Positions 33,557 to 46,897 of a stretch of 62,056 nt of DNA are shown here, in pieces. The notes beneath the pieces were generated by a model that searched no databases, was not told the DNA's origin, and saw nothing but the letters and a program-made list of their open reading frames with translations. Origin of the DNA: Eledone cirrhosa. Taxonomy: Eukaryota. Each line of letters starts with the position of its first letter. Position 1 is the stretch's first letter. A program made the position numbers and the translations under genes. The stretch covers positions 1 through 62,056 of the forward strand of contig CAXHJY010000809.1 in NCBI GenBank assembly GCA_964016885.1, in the 5' to 3' direction.

Positions 33557-34040
33557 ATATATTTATTGATAATAACAACAATTCAAAATTTCAGGTCCGT
33601 TTGGGAACAAAATTGACCAATGAAAATATAAAAGGTTTTATGCAGTTCGGTGTGTGTATATACATGTAACTACCCTTACACATATTTTACAAAAATGTAT
33701 GCTCAACATGTATACGCATACCAAAAGGATGGATGCAAATACAAAATTTCAAGGTTAATGTCTCTGTAAGTCTATAATGCACAGATAAGATGCGTATCTT
33801 TACGCATTTTATCTGTGCATTATAGACTTACAGAGACATTAACCTTGAAATTTTGTATTTGCATCCATCCTTTTGGTATGCGTATACATGTTGAGCATAC
33901 ATTTTTGTAAAATATGTGTAAGGGTAGTTACATGTATATACACACACCGAACTGCATAAAACCTTTTATATTTTCATTGGTCAATTTTGTTCCCAAACGG
34001 ACCTGAAATTTTGAATTGTTGTTATTATCAATAAATATAT

Positions 34041-34194
34041 TTCATTATTTCTGAAGACGGCGTATATATGTGTTGGTATGTATATTTAATCTTGATAGTT
34101 TGTATAATTTTGTATAATTTTGTACATAGATCTGTTGAATATGCATGCCAATTCTAACACATATATATCCTAGAAACGATCGTTAAATAATGAA
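34041..34194 (+). ncRNA. Type-I hammerhead ribozyme with long stem II (right arm)
   Basis: TTCATTATTT-CTGAAGA-(~115 nt with GTATATATGTGTTGG/CTAACACATATATAT pairing)-GAAA-CGATCG-TT-AAATAATGAA. Perfect 10-bp stem I, palindromic helix III. Confidence 0.72.
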
Positions 34195-34390
34195 CTTTTT
34201 TTGTTTAATATAAGGAACTGTTTCATTGTTTTATTCATTATTTGTTTAATATTTTATCTTGACTCTGTATACCGTTTATCTTTCACCGAAAGTGATTTTT
34301 CATTACATCTCTTCTTTCCATGATATCCGGAATACATTGAGTTCTTCATACGGATTGGACACTACCGTAAACTCTTGGTAGATTTATCTA

Positions 34391-34419
34391 CATATATATA
34401 TACATATATATATATATAG

Positions 34420-34450
<31 letters not shown>

Positions 34451-34565
34451 CATATATATATATATACATATATACACATATATATATATATACATATACA
34501 TATATACACATATATATATATATACATATACATATATACATATATATATATATACATATATACAC

Positions 34566-34599
<34 letters not shown>

Positions 34600-34769
34600 A
34601 TATATACATATACATATATACATATATATATATATACATATATACACATATGTATATATATATACATACACATATATGTATATATATATACATACATGTA
34701 TATTTATATATACATACATGTATATATATATATATATATACATACATACATACATGTATATATATATAT

Positions 34770-34803
<34 letters not shown>

Positions 34804-34830
34804 ACATACATACACACGTGTGTATGTATT
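34391..34830. repeat. (TA)n/(TACA) array
   Basis: Directly visible. Confidence 0.95.
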
Positions 34831-35807
34831 ATGTATATAACAATGTTTGCAAATGCATGAACATATATATGCAAGCATGTGTGTATATTATGTGGTTCTG
34901 GTTTCAGTGATGAAACTGTGGCAAGGTATTTATTTTATTATCTCTAATTGTCGAACAGTTAAGTTATGGTACATATATACACGTGTGTGTGTGTGTGCAT
35001 CTATATGCTTGTGAAACTATGCGATATTTGGTTGCCACCACGACTTCCCTACAATCTCAAATAACTGGTTTCGTTTCTTTTTGTTTTGTTTTTATTTTAC
35101 ATTATAATGAAAACAAGCACACACGCATTAATAACATAACACATATGTTGAAACACACACAAACACGTGTGTGTGTGTTTTAGTTTTACATGAACACAAA
35201 ATTCAACGCGTTAAAATGTATTTGTTGTTCAACAGATGTTAAGCGATTATATAGTAAAGAAATAACATTCCATCTTTTGGGGATTTTTTTTTTCTCCTAA
35301 AAATACAAAATTCTTAAAGGTTGTGACCGACAAAAATCAAGGAGATCGTTTGCGTGTATGTTAGAAATATATAGAGTGAATGTGTTCATGAGTATGTGTG
35401 CGTGTGAGTAACGAACGTCAAAAAGGAGTGAAGGAGCGGAAGAAGGAAAGGCAATTAAAATAATTGCGTTTGCATGTAAGTGTATTTATTGTCTGCGCTC
35501 ATGGCGTAAGTACGTATGTGCGTTTATATGTATGTCAAGGGCAGATAATCTGATTACAGCCATTCACAACTAAGTAAATACATAAAAAAATAAAGAGAGT
35601 AAAAAGTTTATGAATGAATTCGCAAGTGTATCACACCTTAAGCTGCGTTTGTTGTTACAACTACTATCACGAACGATGTACGCAAAACATGTAAATAAAA
35701 ACAGCAAAGGATTTGCCTTAAATAAATATATTGCACACACACATATAATAAAATATTTTATATAGATATATATATATATTAGATATATATATCTTCTCTC
35801 CACCTCG

Positions 35808-35871
<64 letters not shown>

Positions 35872-36009
35872 TCTCTCCACCTCGCTATATATATATATAT
35901 ATATATATATATGCAAAAGTTTTATTTAAATTGTTGGGATACAACAAACAAATATTTTTATAACTGATATAAAGCACTCTGATGGCCTCCAAAAACAACG
36001 GTCAATTTT

Positions 36010-36157
36010 TAAAGGGGTACGTCAATGTCTATTTATAAAACTGTTATATATTGTATTTTGTTTGATGAAGGCATACCATAATGTAACTTGGTATCCTTGA
36101 AATATATATAATGAAATAAATATGGTTTTATAAATATAGTTCCCATTTATTAATATC
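36010..36157 (+). mobile_element. Second copy of the pLTR-like element at 100-251, with degenerate hammerhead (36054-36118)
   Basis: TGTATTTTGT-TTGATGA-AGGCATACC...GGTATCCTT-GAAA-TATATATA...AAATATGGTTTTATAAATATAGTT shared with 145-251. Confidence 0.65.
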
Positions 36158-36210
36158 GTATATATATATATATATATATATCTTCTCTCCACCTCGAGAG
36201 AGAGAGAGAA

Positions 36211-36270
36211 AGAGTCCAGAAATAGCCGTCGAAACGGCTTGAGCTCTGCCGTCAGGGTCATACATTTTCC
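36211..36270 (+). mobile_element. Fragment with the 3' half of a hammerhead, same family as 52041-52237
   Basis: TAGCCGTC-GAAA-CGGC-ttgagctct-GCCG-TC-AGGGTC; the CTGANGA half is absent. Confidence 0.5.
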
Positions 36271-36519
36271 TATATATATATATGATAACTGCCACTTCAT
36301 TACAGAAGAAGGCCATCTCTCCAACAAGACCATTCCCATGTGGTATGGGTGAACGTTTACGGATTCGACCGGTTAGAAGCACATAGTCAAATATAAACGT
36401 TGCTGCACTGTTAAGCTAAACAGGAACATGCTACGATAAAGTCTTGAGCTTCTGACCAGTCCTTGTAGGAAAAATGCCTAAAAAGGGGTTGAAGGAACTC
36501 TTCAGTTGGGTGACGTCAC

Positions 36520-36966
36520 GACAACCTCTCTAGTGTTGGTGATCTACATGATAAATGCACACAATAGACACTGTAACATGGTTGGTGAAAGGAAAGGGAT
36601 CCATCCAGCCATAGAAGGCTTGCTGGAAAAGAGTTGGGAAGACACTTCAGTCATGTCAAGGACATGACAACCTATCTAGAATGGATGACCTACACAATAA
36701 ATGCACCCAGTACATGCTGTAAAGTAGTTGGTGTTAAGAAGGACATCCAGCCATAGAAATCTGGCTAAATAAAGATTTGGGAGGACCCTTCAGTTGTGTT
36801 AAAGACATAACAACCTTTACTGTGCACTCGGTGGAATGTGAAACAATACATAAACAGATCTCTGGCCTTACTGGGAAAGCAGTAACCCCACTTCAGTACT
36901 GATTTGATCTATGTAGACCCATCGAACCATTGCTAGCAGGGTAAGCAGATGTTATGATGATGATGA
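36520..36966 (+). mobile_element. Old RTE-related SINE/non-autonomous element
   Basis: Two degenerate copies of the GCACCCAG...CTGTAAAG..GTTGGTGTTAGGAAGGGCATCCAGC motif, then an (ATG)n tail. Confidence 0.65.
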
Positions 36967-37032
36967 TATATTATTTATTTTTTTCCCCTCTGTATATATT
37001 TTTACTACATTCACTCTTTTTCTATATCTGCT

Positions 37033-37200
37033 ATGGTGGTGGTGGTGGTGGTGGTGGTAGTAGTAGTAGTGATAGTGGTGATGGTGGTAGTAGTAATAGT
37101 GGTGGTGGTGGTGGTATTAGTAATAGTGGTGGTGGTGGTATTAGTGGTGGTAGTAGTGGTGGTGGGTGTTGTAGTAGTAGCAGTAGTAATAGTAGTAGGA
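37033..37200. repeat. (GGT)n/(AGT)n trinucleotide low-complexity tract
   Basis: Directly visible. Confidence 0.9.
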
Positions 37201-38266
37201 GGAGGGGATTTTAGACAAACTCTGCCAGTCAATCCAAAAGGATTGATCAAATCTTGGCCCCTTTATAAAAAAAAAATAAAAAAAAAAAAATTTAAAAAAA
37301 ATCGACACTTTGGACTTCTATCAAAGTTTTGAAGCTCGCTACAAACATGAGGGCATATCTTGGTGGAGACAAACAATCAGCAGTTTGCCCAGAATCTATT
37401 AATGCTTGGGAACAGAAGACTTTCTGTAGATAGCAAGGGAACTATGGATATAAGTCCCATAGGCACGATGGTGAAATCATTATTCCATCTGATAGAAAAA
37501 GTGTTCCCTAATCTTGACTATCAGTTTACAAGTCATAAGTGGCTCAGTGAAAAGGTTATATTGACCCCCAAAAATATGACTGCGAAATTGGTAAATCTAG
37601 AGCTATTTAAAAGAATTCCAAAGTTTTTGAAGCTCTACTGATCTGATGACATTGTGGTGGAACAGTTGAAAGCTGTCAATTACTTGACAGAGTTCAACTC
37701 TTTAGAACCACCAGGGATGCCTTCACAAGTCCTTCACCTTAAAGAAGGAGCATCCATCATGTTATTGAGGAAATTTGACCCACCCAGGCTATGCAACAGC
37801 ACTCGATTGGTTGTAAAAAAAATGTATCCACATACGATTCAAGCCACCATTTGAACAGGATGTGGTAGGGGAGAGGATGTGTTCGTTTCAAGAATTCCTC
37901 TTATCCCCACTGATGTCCCATTTCAGATCAAAACTTCAATTTCCAGTAAGTCTTAGTTTTGCTTTGACCATCAAAAAATCACAGGGACAAACATTTTCAG
38001 TTACCGCGAAGAGCCCTGTTTCACCTATGGTCAGATTTACATTGGATATTCAAGAGTAGGAATTCAGAAAAATCTTTACATCTATGTACCAGATGGAAAA
38101 ACAACAAACATTATAAATTGACCCAATTAATAAAGAAATGCCTCCTCATCAAAGGGATTATCCCTCAGGGAATAAATACATTGCCTGACATGGAATAAAA
38201 ATAAAAATTTGAAATAAAGGCATACTATTGTGATTATTGCTCAGCAATGTCGGGCTACTCATCTAG
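37195..38266 (+). mobile_element. Helitron remnant: decayed PIF1-like helicase C-terminus and 3' end
   Basis: GDFRQTLPV, LATNMR, LTPKN, NSLEPPGMP..LHLKEGASIMLLR..PPRLCN.TRL, QFPVSLSFALTIKKSQGQT across frameshifts/stops. Ends with a degenerate hairpin GCTCAGCAATGTCGGGC and CTAG followed by T at 38263-38267. Confidence 0.85.
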
Positions 38267-39240
38267 TATATATATATAATTAGTAACAGGAAGTATACAT
38301 CTAGTCATTTATATCACACTACTACATTATATATCAATAAATAAACAAATATACAAAGCACAGTACAGTTCAAGATAAGATGCCTTTTAATAAAATCTAA
38401 TAAATTTATAACTTTTTTATATGAATAAATTCTCTCTTAAATCTAAAAGAATTTGTATCATTTAATTCCTTATTAAAATTAAGATGGTGGGGATTATCTT
38501 TAATATAGGATTTTTTTAAAGATCATATGAGGTTTCTACAACAAAATAAGTTTAGGAACCAATATCCTATTCCATAAAGTACAAAAAAGATTAATCTTAT
38601 AACTAGAATCTCATTAATTGAACACTTGCCTATTAATTGGTGATGTTCCAGTTGAATGAATTGACCTCAGTAGTGAAAGCAAATAAAACACTCAACAATT
38701 ACACTGTGTTGTGTAATTGTATGCTTACAGCATACAATTACATAGTTAATGTATCTGTTAGAAATAGCAACCCAAACACTAATACTACACATTTATCATC
38801 ACTTTCCAGTCCATACTTCCATACTGACATGGGTTTGAGGCAATCTTTTACGTCCAGAATCCTTTTTTTATACTAACACATTTGATCACCACTAATGACC
38901 CAATTACGAAGTTCACCGTACATGTACACACACACACACATATATATCCATCGGCCTTGAACGCCTGATGAAGTCATAGAAATCCCATTGTGAAATATGT
39001 CTTGAGAATTTTAAACTTGGTGGAGCCTATTCTTCTCCAGGTCTGACTTCTCCCACATAGAAGATGAATTGACATCAGTACTGGAATGACACATTATTTA
39101 TCAACTCTGAAGGGTTGAAAAGTAGAATTGACCTCACCAGGATTTTGACTGGGGGTGGAGAGAACCAGAAAAAATAACACAAAGAATTCTATCTGACACT
39201 CCAAAGACGCAGTTAAATTGCTTTTAGATATCTATATATA

Positions 39241-39416
39241 CCATCATTTCCATTTACCATCAATTCTTCCATGCTTGCATGGGTTAGACGGGTCATCCAT
39301 GTTGGGAGGCAAGTCTGGCCATGGTTGGCCACGTCACACTTTGCTCTGGCAAGGACTGTAAATTTGGCCAGGTATTTTACAGCTGGATGCTCTTTCTAAC
39401 ACCAATATTATATATT

Positions 39417-39448
<32 letters not shown>

Positions 39449-39618
39449 AATATATATATATTTAAGGTGAACAAGTGGCAAAAGAAGCTGTAGAGGGAGA
39501 CCTGCCTGGGCAGAAGTGGTAAGAGCTGATCTCAAAACATTGAACCTCACAGAAGAGATAACAAAGAAACACAAGAAGATACAATTATGAAAAAATAGAT
39601 GTATGATAATGATGATAA
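39241..39618. mobile_element. Two old RTE/SINE 3' fragments (minus 39241-39405, plus 39465-39618) separated by TA
   Basis: CCATGCTTGCATGGG hairpin and GGATGC..TTTCTAACACCAA motif; degenerate WAEVVRADL coding remnant with an ATG-like tail. Confidence 0.55.
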
Positions 39619-39934
39619 AACACACACGCACACCAGATATAAGTTCCTTGGGTAAATATTAATCAGCAGACAGAAATATAACTATCAGACATCAGCACCA
39701 GTAGCAGCTCACTAATGAAGAGTTGGTGACATCAACTATCAAAATGTCCTACACCTTCAACTCTACATTCATCTATCTATATCAGACTACCTGTCTAACT
39801 CCATCAAATTACCTATCTATATCAATGCCAATTTTCATTATTGTGATTCTACAGCACTCTAGCTTTATGAATCTATCTCTGTGTATATAGCAATGTATAC
39901 ATTTAACTATTTATCTATACCTCCTATACATATA

Positions 39935-39966
<32 letters not shown>

Positions 39967-40121
39967 ATGGACAAGATGTCAACTTTTCATTACATTTATT
40001 GAAGTATCACACGTGTTTCATGATTTATCAGCTCACAGTTTGATCTGTATCGATTGGGCCTGACTCTGGAATCAAAAGCTCATCAGACTTCTGTTAGCTA
40101 ATGATGGAATGATTCCTGTAC

Positions 40122-40200
40122 ACATCACCCGGTCTGAGAATTGAACTCACAACCTTTTGATTGCAAGGCCAATGCTCTAACCACTAAGCCATGTGCCTCC
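40122..40200 (-). mobile_element. tRNA-like head fragment of the chimeric SINE family
   Basis: Near-identical to 25268-25346. Confidence 0.85.
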
Positions 40201-40224
40201 ATATATGTATATATATATATATAA

Positions 40225-40408
40225 TAATTGTTTCTACTTTTGGCACAAGGCCAGCAATTACCCAGTACATTACTGGTACTTTATTTTATCGACCCCGTAA
40301 GGATGAAAGGCAAAGTTAACCTCGGCGGGATTGAACTCAGACCGTAAAGGGATGTAACTATACTGGAAAGCATGGTGTCCGACTCTCTACCAATACTGCC
40401 AATCCACC
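40225..40408 (-). mobile_element. Second tRNA-derived SINE family
   Basis: Minus strand A box TGGCAGTATTGG and B box GAGTTCAATCC, then GCCGAGGTTAACTTTGCCTTTCATCCTTACGGGGTCGATAAAATAAAGTACCAG, which resembles a conserved metazoan SINE central domain (superfamily not verified). A degenerate relative lies at ~39075-39150. Confidence 0.7.
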
Positions 40409-40840
40409 TGAAATACACACACATATTCATATGTATATGTGTGTGTCGTGTCTGCCTTAACAAGTTTTGCTCGATGACCGAAAGAGTTAAAATAACTAAA
40501 ATAATTAAATCAACTCCATAATCAGAGCTATTTATCAAATTACAAAATATGAGGAAATAATAGACAAAAATATACCTATTTTTTCTTCAAAGTCCCAACT
40601 GCAGTTTCGCCGATCCGTGTGCACTGATTTCTGTACTTTAAAAGTGGATCATTGCTGTAAGGTTGATACGGCTTATCAAGAGATCCCTCAGAAAAAAGGA
40701 CTGTTTCCCGACGCATTTATAGCAAGTGATTATGGAGTTGATTTAATTATTTTAGTTACTTTAACTCTTTCGGTCATCGAGCAAAACTTGCTAAGGCGGA
40801 CACCAAACACACACATACATACAAATATGTGTGTATTTCA
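40409..40840 (-). mobile_element. Element with ~115-bp terminal inverted repeats and an internal degenerate hammerhead (40592-40686)
   Basis: Inverted repeats at 40409-40523 and 40728-40840. Minus strand reads GATCTC-TTGATAA-GCCG...CGGC-GAAA-CTGCAG-TT-GGGAC. Confidence 0.6.
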
Positions 40841-41484
40841 TATTATATTGTCCCAAACTCCCCTATGGTAGAGTTAACCACGAGCATTAACTGCTTTTTC
40901 TAGCAAATACGTTATTCGCTACACTGTCCACCTTACTACCCTTCTATGACCACTGTATCATGAGTTTATCTCTCTCCTCGCCTGTCAAGAAATTCTCACT
41001 TGCTACGAAAGACAAAATCCTTTTTTTTTTACCACTGTATCACTTGTTAATCTCTCCCTCCGCCTCTGATATTGCATCCTCATCAAAGGAAAATTGCTAT
41101 GATGTGTACAAAGGAATATTGGTATAGCCATGCTATATATGTCACACAGAAAATAGAAAGTACCTGAAAAGGTCAGTAAATTTGGTGGCCTTCTACATAA
41201 GTCCTATCTAACAATTTTACTAACAGGGTTTGTGTTGACCCAGAGCTATAGTAGAAAATACTCATGCCAAAATAATTCAAACATGGATCCTTCTCATTGA
41301 AAAAACAATTTCTAACCCTCATGGCCAAGCACCCATGTATAATATATTTATATATATATATAATATATATACATATATATATATAATTTATATACATATA
41401 TATATATAAATATATAATATATATAATATATATACATATAATATATATACATATACATATATATATAAATATATAATATATATA

Positions 41485-43585
41485 TTGTTATACTTTGGGA
41501 GGGTCATGTTGCCAATAAGAAACACACGCACCAGTTGCTTTCACTTCAATTTATTATAATAAATTTATAAATTTAGGAATTTATAAATTTCCGGTTGGTT
41601 GGTTAAGTTCCACAACCAGACGATTTTCCATATATTGTCAAAGTTCTTTCGTCACACATTCTGTGACCTCTTCAGTGAATGGGGATTCTTTTCTTTGTTT
41701 TTGTGCCTCTCCTTTGTTCTGTCCTACGCCATCTTGTTTTTGTGTGTGTTGTGTGCTTAGTTTGCGCATGTTTTACATCCGGGTGTCTGTGTGTGTTTAT
41801 ATTTGTTTATTTATTTGTTTATTTACATGTTACTGGTTGGTTGTTTGTTCTATGTGTGTGTGTGTTTTCATTTTGCCCTTAATTGTAAGTTGTGATGTTG
41901 CTGTTCCATTCATGTTTTCTATTTAATTTTGGTTGGAGTTCATTTATGTTTATTGCCGCTGTGATTTGTCTAAACATTGCGTCTTTTCTGTGTGTAGATT
42001 CTATTTTTATTTCTATGTTCTCTAATTTAGCCTTATGTTCTATTTTAGCATGTTGGTAGAGTACAGATGATTCTTTACTATCTTGAAGGTCTCGCCAGTG
42101 TTCATTTATCCGTTCCCCTACACTACGAGCTGTCTCACCTATGTACACTATATTCTTATCTCTACATTGTCTTTCAGTACATCTTATGCTATATACTACA
42201 TTTCTAGTTTTACAGTTAATATGGGGGCTTAATTTACAGATTATACATTTCTTATCTATACAGGGAGGTCTTTGAAAAGGGTATGTATTGCTAATAAGTG
42301 TTTTTATGGAGGTACCTGGTCTTTCTACTATCTTAATATTGAGTTTATGTTTATCTAGGGTCCTTCTAAATTTGTAAGCTAATTCACCTCTAGGGGTTGT
42401 ATTGATGAGCTCTGGTATTTATTGCTATCATACCATGAGTTTATTCTATTAACCTTATTCCTAGTTCTTTCTATTCTATTCCAAAATTTGCTCCTATACA
42501 AGGGGCAGGTCCCATTTGTGTCATTATTTACCATTTTTTCCATTTGGTTCTGGCTCCTCTATATACTCTGATTTTATCTCTCTGATTGTAACCAGAGAAG
42601 TGCATAGGGTGGATGAAGTGTTGTATGTGTCTCTCTAGTTCTTTGGGGTTGCACATGCGGGACACGTTTCTCATCACCCGTACCAAATCCGCAATCAGTA
42701 TGTTGATTTTGGTATGGTCCGAAACGGCTGAGTTTCGATGGATCAGATATTTGGAAGTCATGGCTTTTGCATAATGGGAATGGAGGATTTGTTGTTGTTA
42801 TTAATGGTATCTAACCAGAGCTCTGCGTCTAGTACAGGTAATCGATGGTGGGGGTGTTTGCTTGGGTAGTCTATAGTAACTCTAATACTCTGGTGGATAA
42901 AGTTAGCTATTTGCTGGATGCTTTCCATGGTGTTTTTCTCTAATTCCTGACTGTTCTCTAGTGGGGGTGTTTTTACTACGATGTTTATATCATCAACGTA
43001 GCGGGAGTACATTATCAGGGTTAAGGGGTTGCTGTCTTCTAATTGTTCTTTAAGTTAAAGTTTAAGTCTATTGTCCCACCATACCATGAATAGGTTAGCT
43101 ATGTCACCTGCAATGCTAACACCGATGGCTGCTCCCTCCTCTTGGGCATATGTTTTTCCATTAAATTTGAACATATGTTCCTTAAGGGTTAATTTTATAC
43201 TTGCCCCCACCGCATGTGCAATCATTTTCTTTAGTTCATCGTGGTTTTCGGGGGTCCGTATGGCTCTGGTCCACCCGTTCCATCTATCTGTGTTGGTTTT
43301 CTTGGACATTGAGGTAATGGTACGTAGTCTGCCTCTTGCTGGTCTTGTAGGGCTAAGGTCATTTGTATCTAGATAATCATTACTATAGGTAAGTTTAAGT
43401 AGGAGTCCCAGCTCACTGGTATCAACCCAACAGAATTCAACATTGCCCTCACTGATCATTTCTACGCATTTCTCCTACGCATTTCTCCACACCAAAATCC
43501 ACGTCAATACATGGATACAGGGACACAACATCCATACTACCTATTATGCAGTTTATTAGGTCCCTAGATCGGTTACTCTCGCCGA
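41485..43585 (-). mobile_element. Decayed Penelope-like retroelement (RT + Cys-rich linker + GIY-YIG endonuclease), 5'-truncated
   Basis: [41 protein letters not shown] (PLE RT); PCIDKKCIIC...NCKTRNVVYSIRC...VYIGETAR...ERINEH (Neptune-like linker + GIY-YIG). Several frameshifts. Confidence 0.88.
41634..41680 (-). ncRNA. Minimal hammerhead ribozyme in the Penelope-like 3' region
   Basis: ATTCA-CTGAAGA-G-GTCAC-agaatgt-GTGAC-GAAA-GAAC-TT-TGA, ~200 nt downstream of the GIY-YIG ORF. Confidence 0.7.
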
Positions 43586-46127
43586 TATATACATATATAT
43601 GTACAAATATATATATATAATATATATACATATATATATATAATATATATATAATATATATACATAATATATATACATATATATATATAATATATATACA
43701 TATATATATATACATATATATATATAATATATATACATATATATATATACATATATATATATAATATATATACATATATATATATAATATATATATATAA
43801 TATATATACATATATATATATAATATATATACATATATATAAATATATATACATATATATAAATATATATACATATATATAAATATATATACATATATAT
43901 AAATATATATACATATATATAAATATATATACATATATATAAATATATATACATATATATAAATATATAATATATATACATATATATAATATATATACAT
44001 ATATATAAATATATATACATATATATAAATATATAATATATATACATATATATAATATATATACATATATATAAATATATATACATATATATAAATATAT
44101 AATATATATACATATATATAATATATATACATATATATAATATATATACATATATATAAATATATATACATATATATAAATATATAATATATATACATAT
44201 ATATAATATATATACATATATATAAATATATATACATATATATAAATATATAATATATATACATATAATATATATACATATATATAAATATATATACATA
44301 TATATATATACATATATATAAACATATATACATATATATATATACATATATACATATATATATATACATATAATTATATATACATATACATATATACATA
44401 TATATATATACATATAATATATATACATATAATATATATACATATATATATATATACATATAATATATATACATATATATATATATAATATATATATACA
44501 TATATATATATATAATATATATACATATATATATATATAATATATATACATATATATATATATAATATATATATACATATATATATATATAATATATATA
44601 TACATATATATATATATAATATATATATACATATATATATAATATATGTACATATATATATATAATATATATATACATATAAATATAATATATATACATA
44701 TATATAATATATAAATATATAATATATATACATATGTATAAATATATAATATATATATACACATATATATATATATAATATATATACATATATATATATA
44801 TGAAATATTATACATATATATAAATATATGATATATATACATATATATAAATATATAATATATATAAATATATACATATATATAAATATATAATATATAT
44901 ACATATATATATATAATATATATACATATATATATATAATATATATACATATATATAAATATATAATATATATACATATATATATATAATATATATACAT
45001 ATATATATAATATATATACATATATATATATATAAATATATAATATATATACATATAGATATTTATATATATATATATATAATTATATATATATATATAA
45101 ATATATAATATATATACATATAGATATTTATATATATATATATATAATTATATATATATATATAAATATATAATATATATACATATATATATATATAAAT
45201 ATATAATATATGTGCATATATATATATTAATATATAATATATGCATATATATATATAAATATATAATACATATGCATATATATATATAAATATATAATAT
45301 ATATGCATATATTTAAATATATAATATATATGCATATATATATAAATATATAATATATATATGCATATATATATATAATATATATGCATATATATAATAT
45401 ATATGCATATATATATATAATATATATGCATATATATATATAATATATATGCATATATATATATAAATATATAATATATATGCATATATATATATAATAT
45501 ATATGCATATAAATATATATATATAAATATATAATATATATACATAAATATATAATATATATACATATATATAAATATATATATATATAAATATACATAT
45601 ATATACATAAATATATAATATATATACATATATATAAATATATAATATATATATATAAATATATAATACATATATATATAAATATATAATACATATACAT
45701 ATATATATAAATATATAATACATATATATATATATATAAATATATAATACATATATATATATATATAAATATATAATACATATATATATATAAATATATA
45801 ATACATATATATATATAAATATATAATACATATATATATATAAATATATAATACATATATATATATATATATAAATATATAATACATATATATATATAAA
45901 TATATAATACATATATATATATAAATATATAATACATATATATATATAAATAAATATGTATTATATATTTATATATATATATATACATATATAAATATAT
46001 AATATATATACATATATATATATAATATATATACATATAATATATATACATATATATATAATATATATACATATATATATAATATATATACATATATATA
46101 TATACAATATATATACATATATATATA

Positions 46128-46189
<62 letters not shown>

Positions 46190-46268
46190 ATCAAGGCACA
46201 TGGCTTAGTGGTTAGAGCATTGGCCTTGCAATCGAAAGGTTGTGAGATCAATACATATATATATATAA

Positions 46269-46339
<71 letters not shown>

Positions 46340-46648
46340 AATATATATACATATATATATACATATATATATATAAATATATATACATATATATATACAT
46401 ATATAAATATATATACATATATATATACATATATAAATATATATACATATATATATACATATATAAATATATATACATATATATAAATATATATACATAT
46501 ATATAAATATATATACATATATATAAATATATATACATATATATAAATATATATACATATATATATATAAATATATATACATATATAAATATATATACAT
46601 ATATAAATATATATACATATATAAATATATATACATATATATATATAC

Positions 46649-46685
<37 letters not shown>

Positions 46686-46699
46686 ATATATATATATTA
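43586..46699. repeat. Degenerate (TA)n array with TATAA/TACA higher-order units; SINE head fragment at 46190-46251
   Basis: Directly visible; GGCACATGGCTTAGTGGTTAGAGC at ~46195. Confidence 0.96.
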
Positions 46700-46741
46700 T
46701 GAAAATAAAACAAAGAACCCTTCAATACATCAAAAGTTTTT

Positions 46742-46786
46742 ATTAGCCAACAATATTTCGTCCTATCAAGGACTCATCAGGGCAAT
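46742..46786 (-). ncRNA. Minimal type-I hammerhead ribozyme in a ~175-bp pLTR-like island (46700-46873)
   Basis: ATTGCC-CTGATGA-GTCC-ttgata-GGAC-GAAA-TATTG-TT-GGCTAAT, overlapping an AATAAA; canonical core with G-C-closed stem II. Confidence 0.82.
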
Positions 46787-46897
46787 CAAAACCACAAGAA
46801 GTACTATCGGCTAATACATTTCTATAATACGAAGAGGGTGTTTAACTCCAACACGCTGCAGTATTTTAATCCTTATATATATATATATATATATATA

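Larger units (their letters stand above)
33352..34390 (+). mobile_element. Penelope-like pLTR element forming a ~900-bp palindrome (33352-34255)
   Basis: Arms of ~445 and ~455 bp around a 4-nt loop (33797-33800). Each arm has a hammerhead. The right arm extends ~135 bp further to a TA array. Confidence 0.7.

Noticed and set aside
38960-39005. CTGATGA...GAAA possible hammerhead
   Set aside because: Stems I and II do not pair convincingly.
34830-41340. Possible host exons in the less repetitive region
   Set aside because: No credible ORF or splice pattern beyond transposon remnants; the window could still be intronic.
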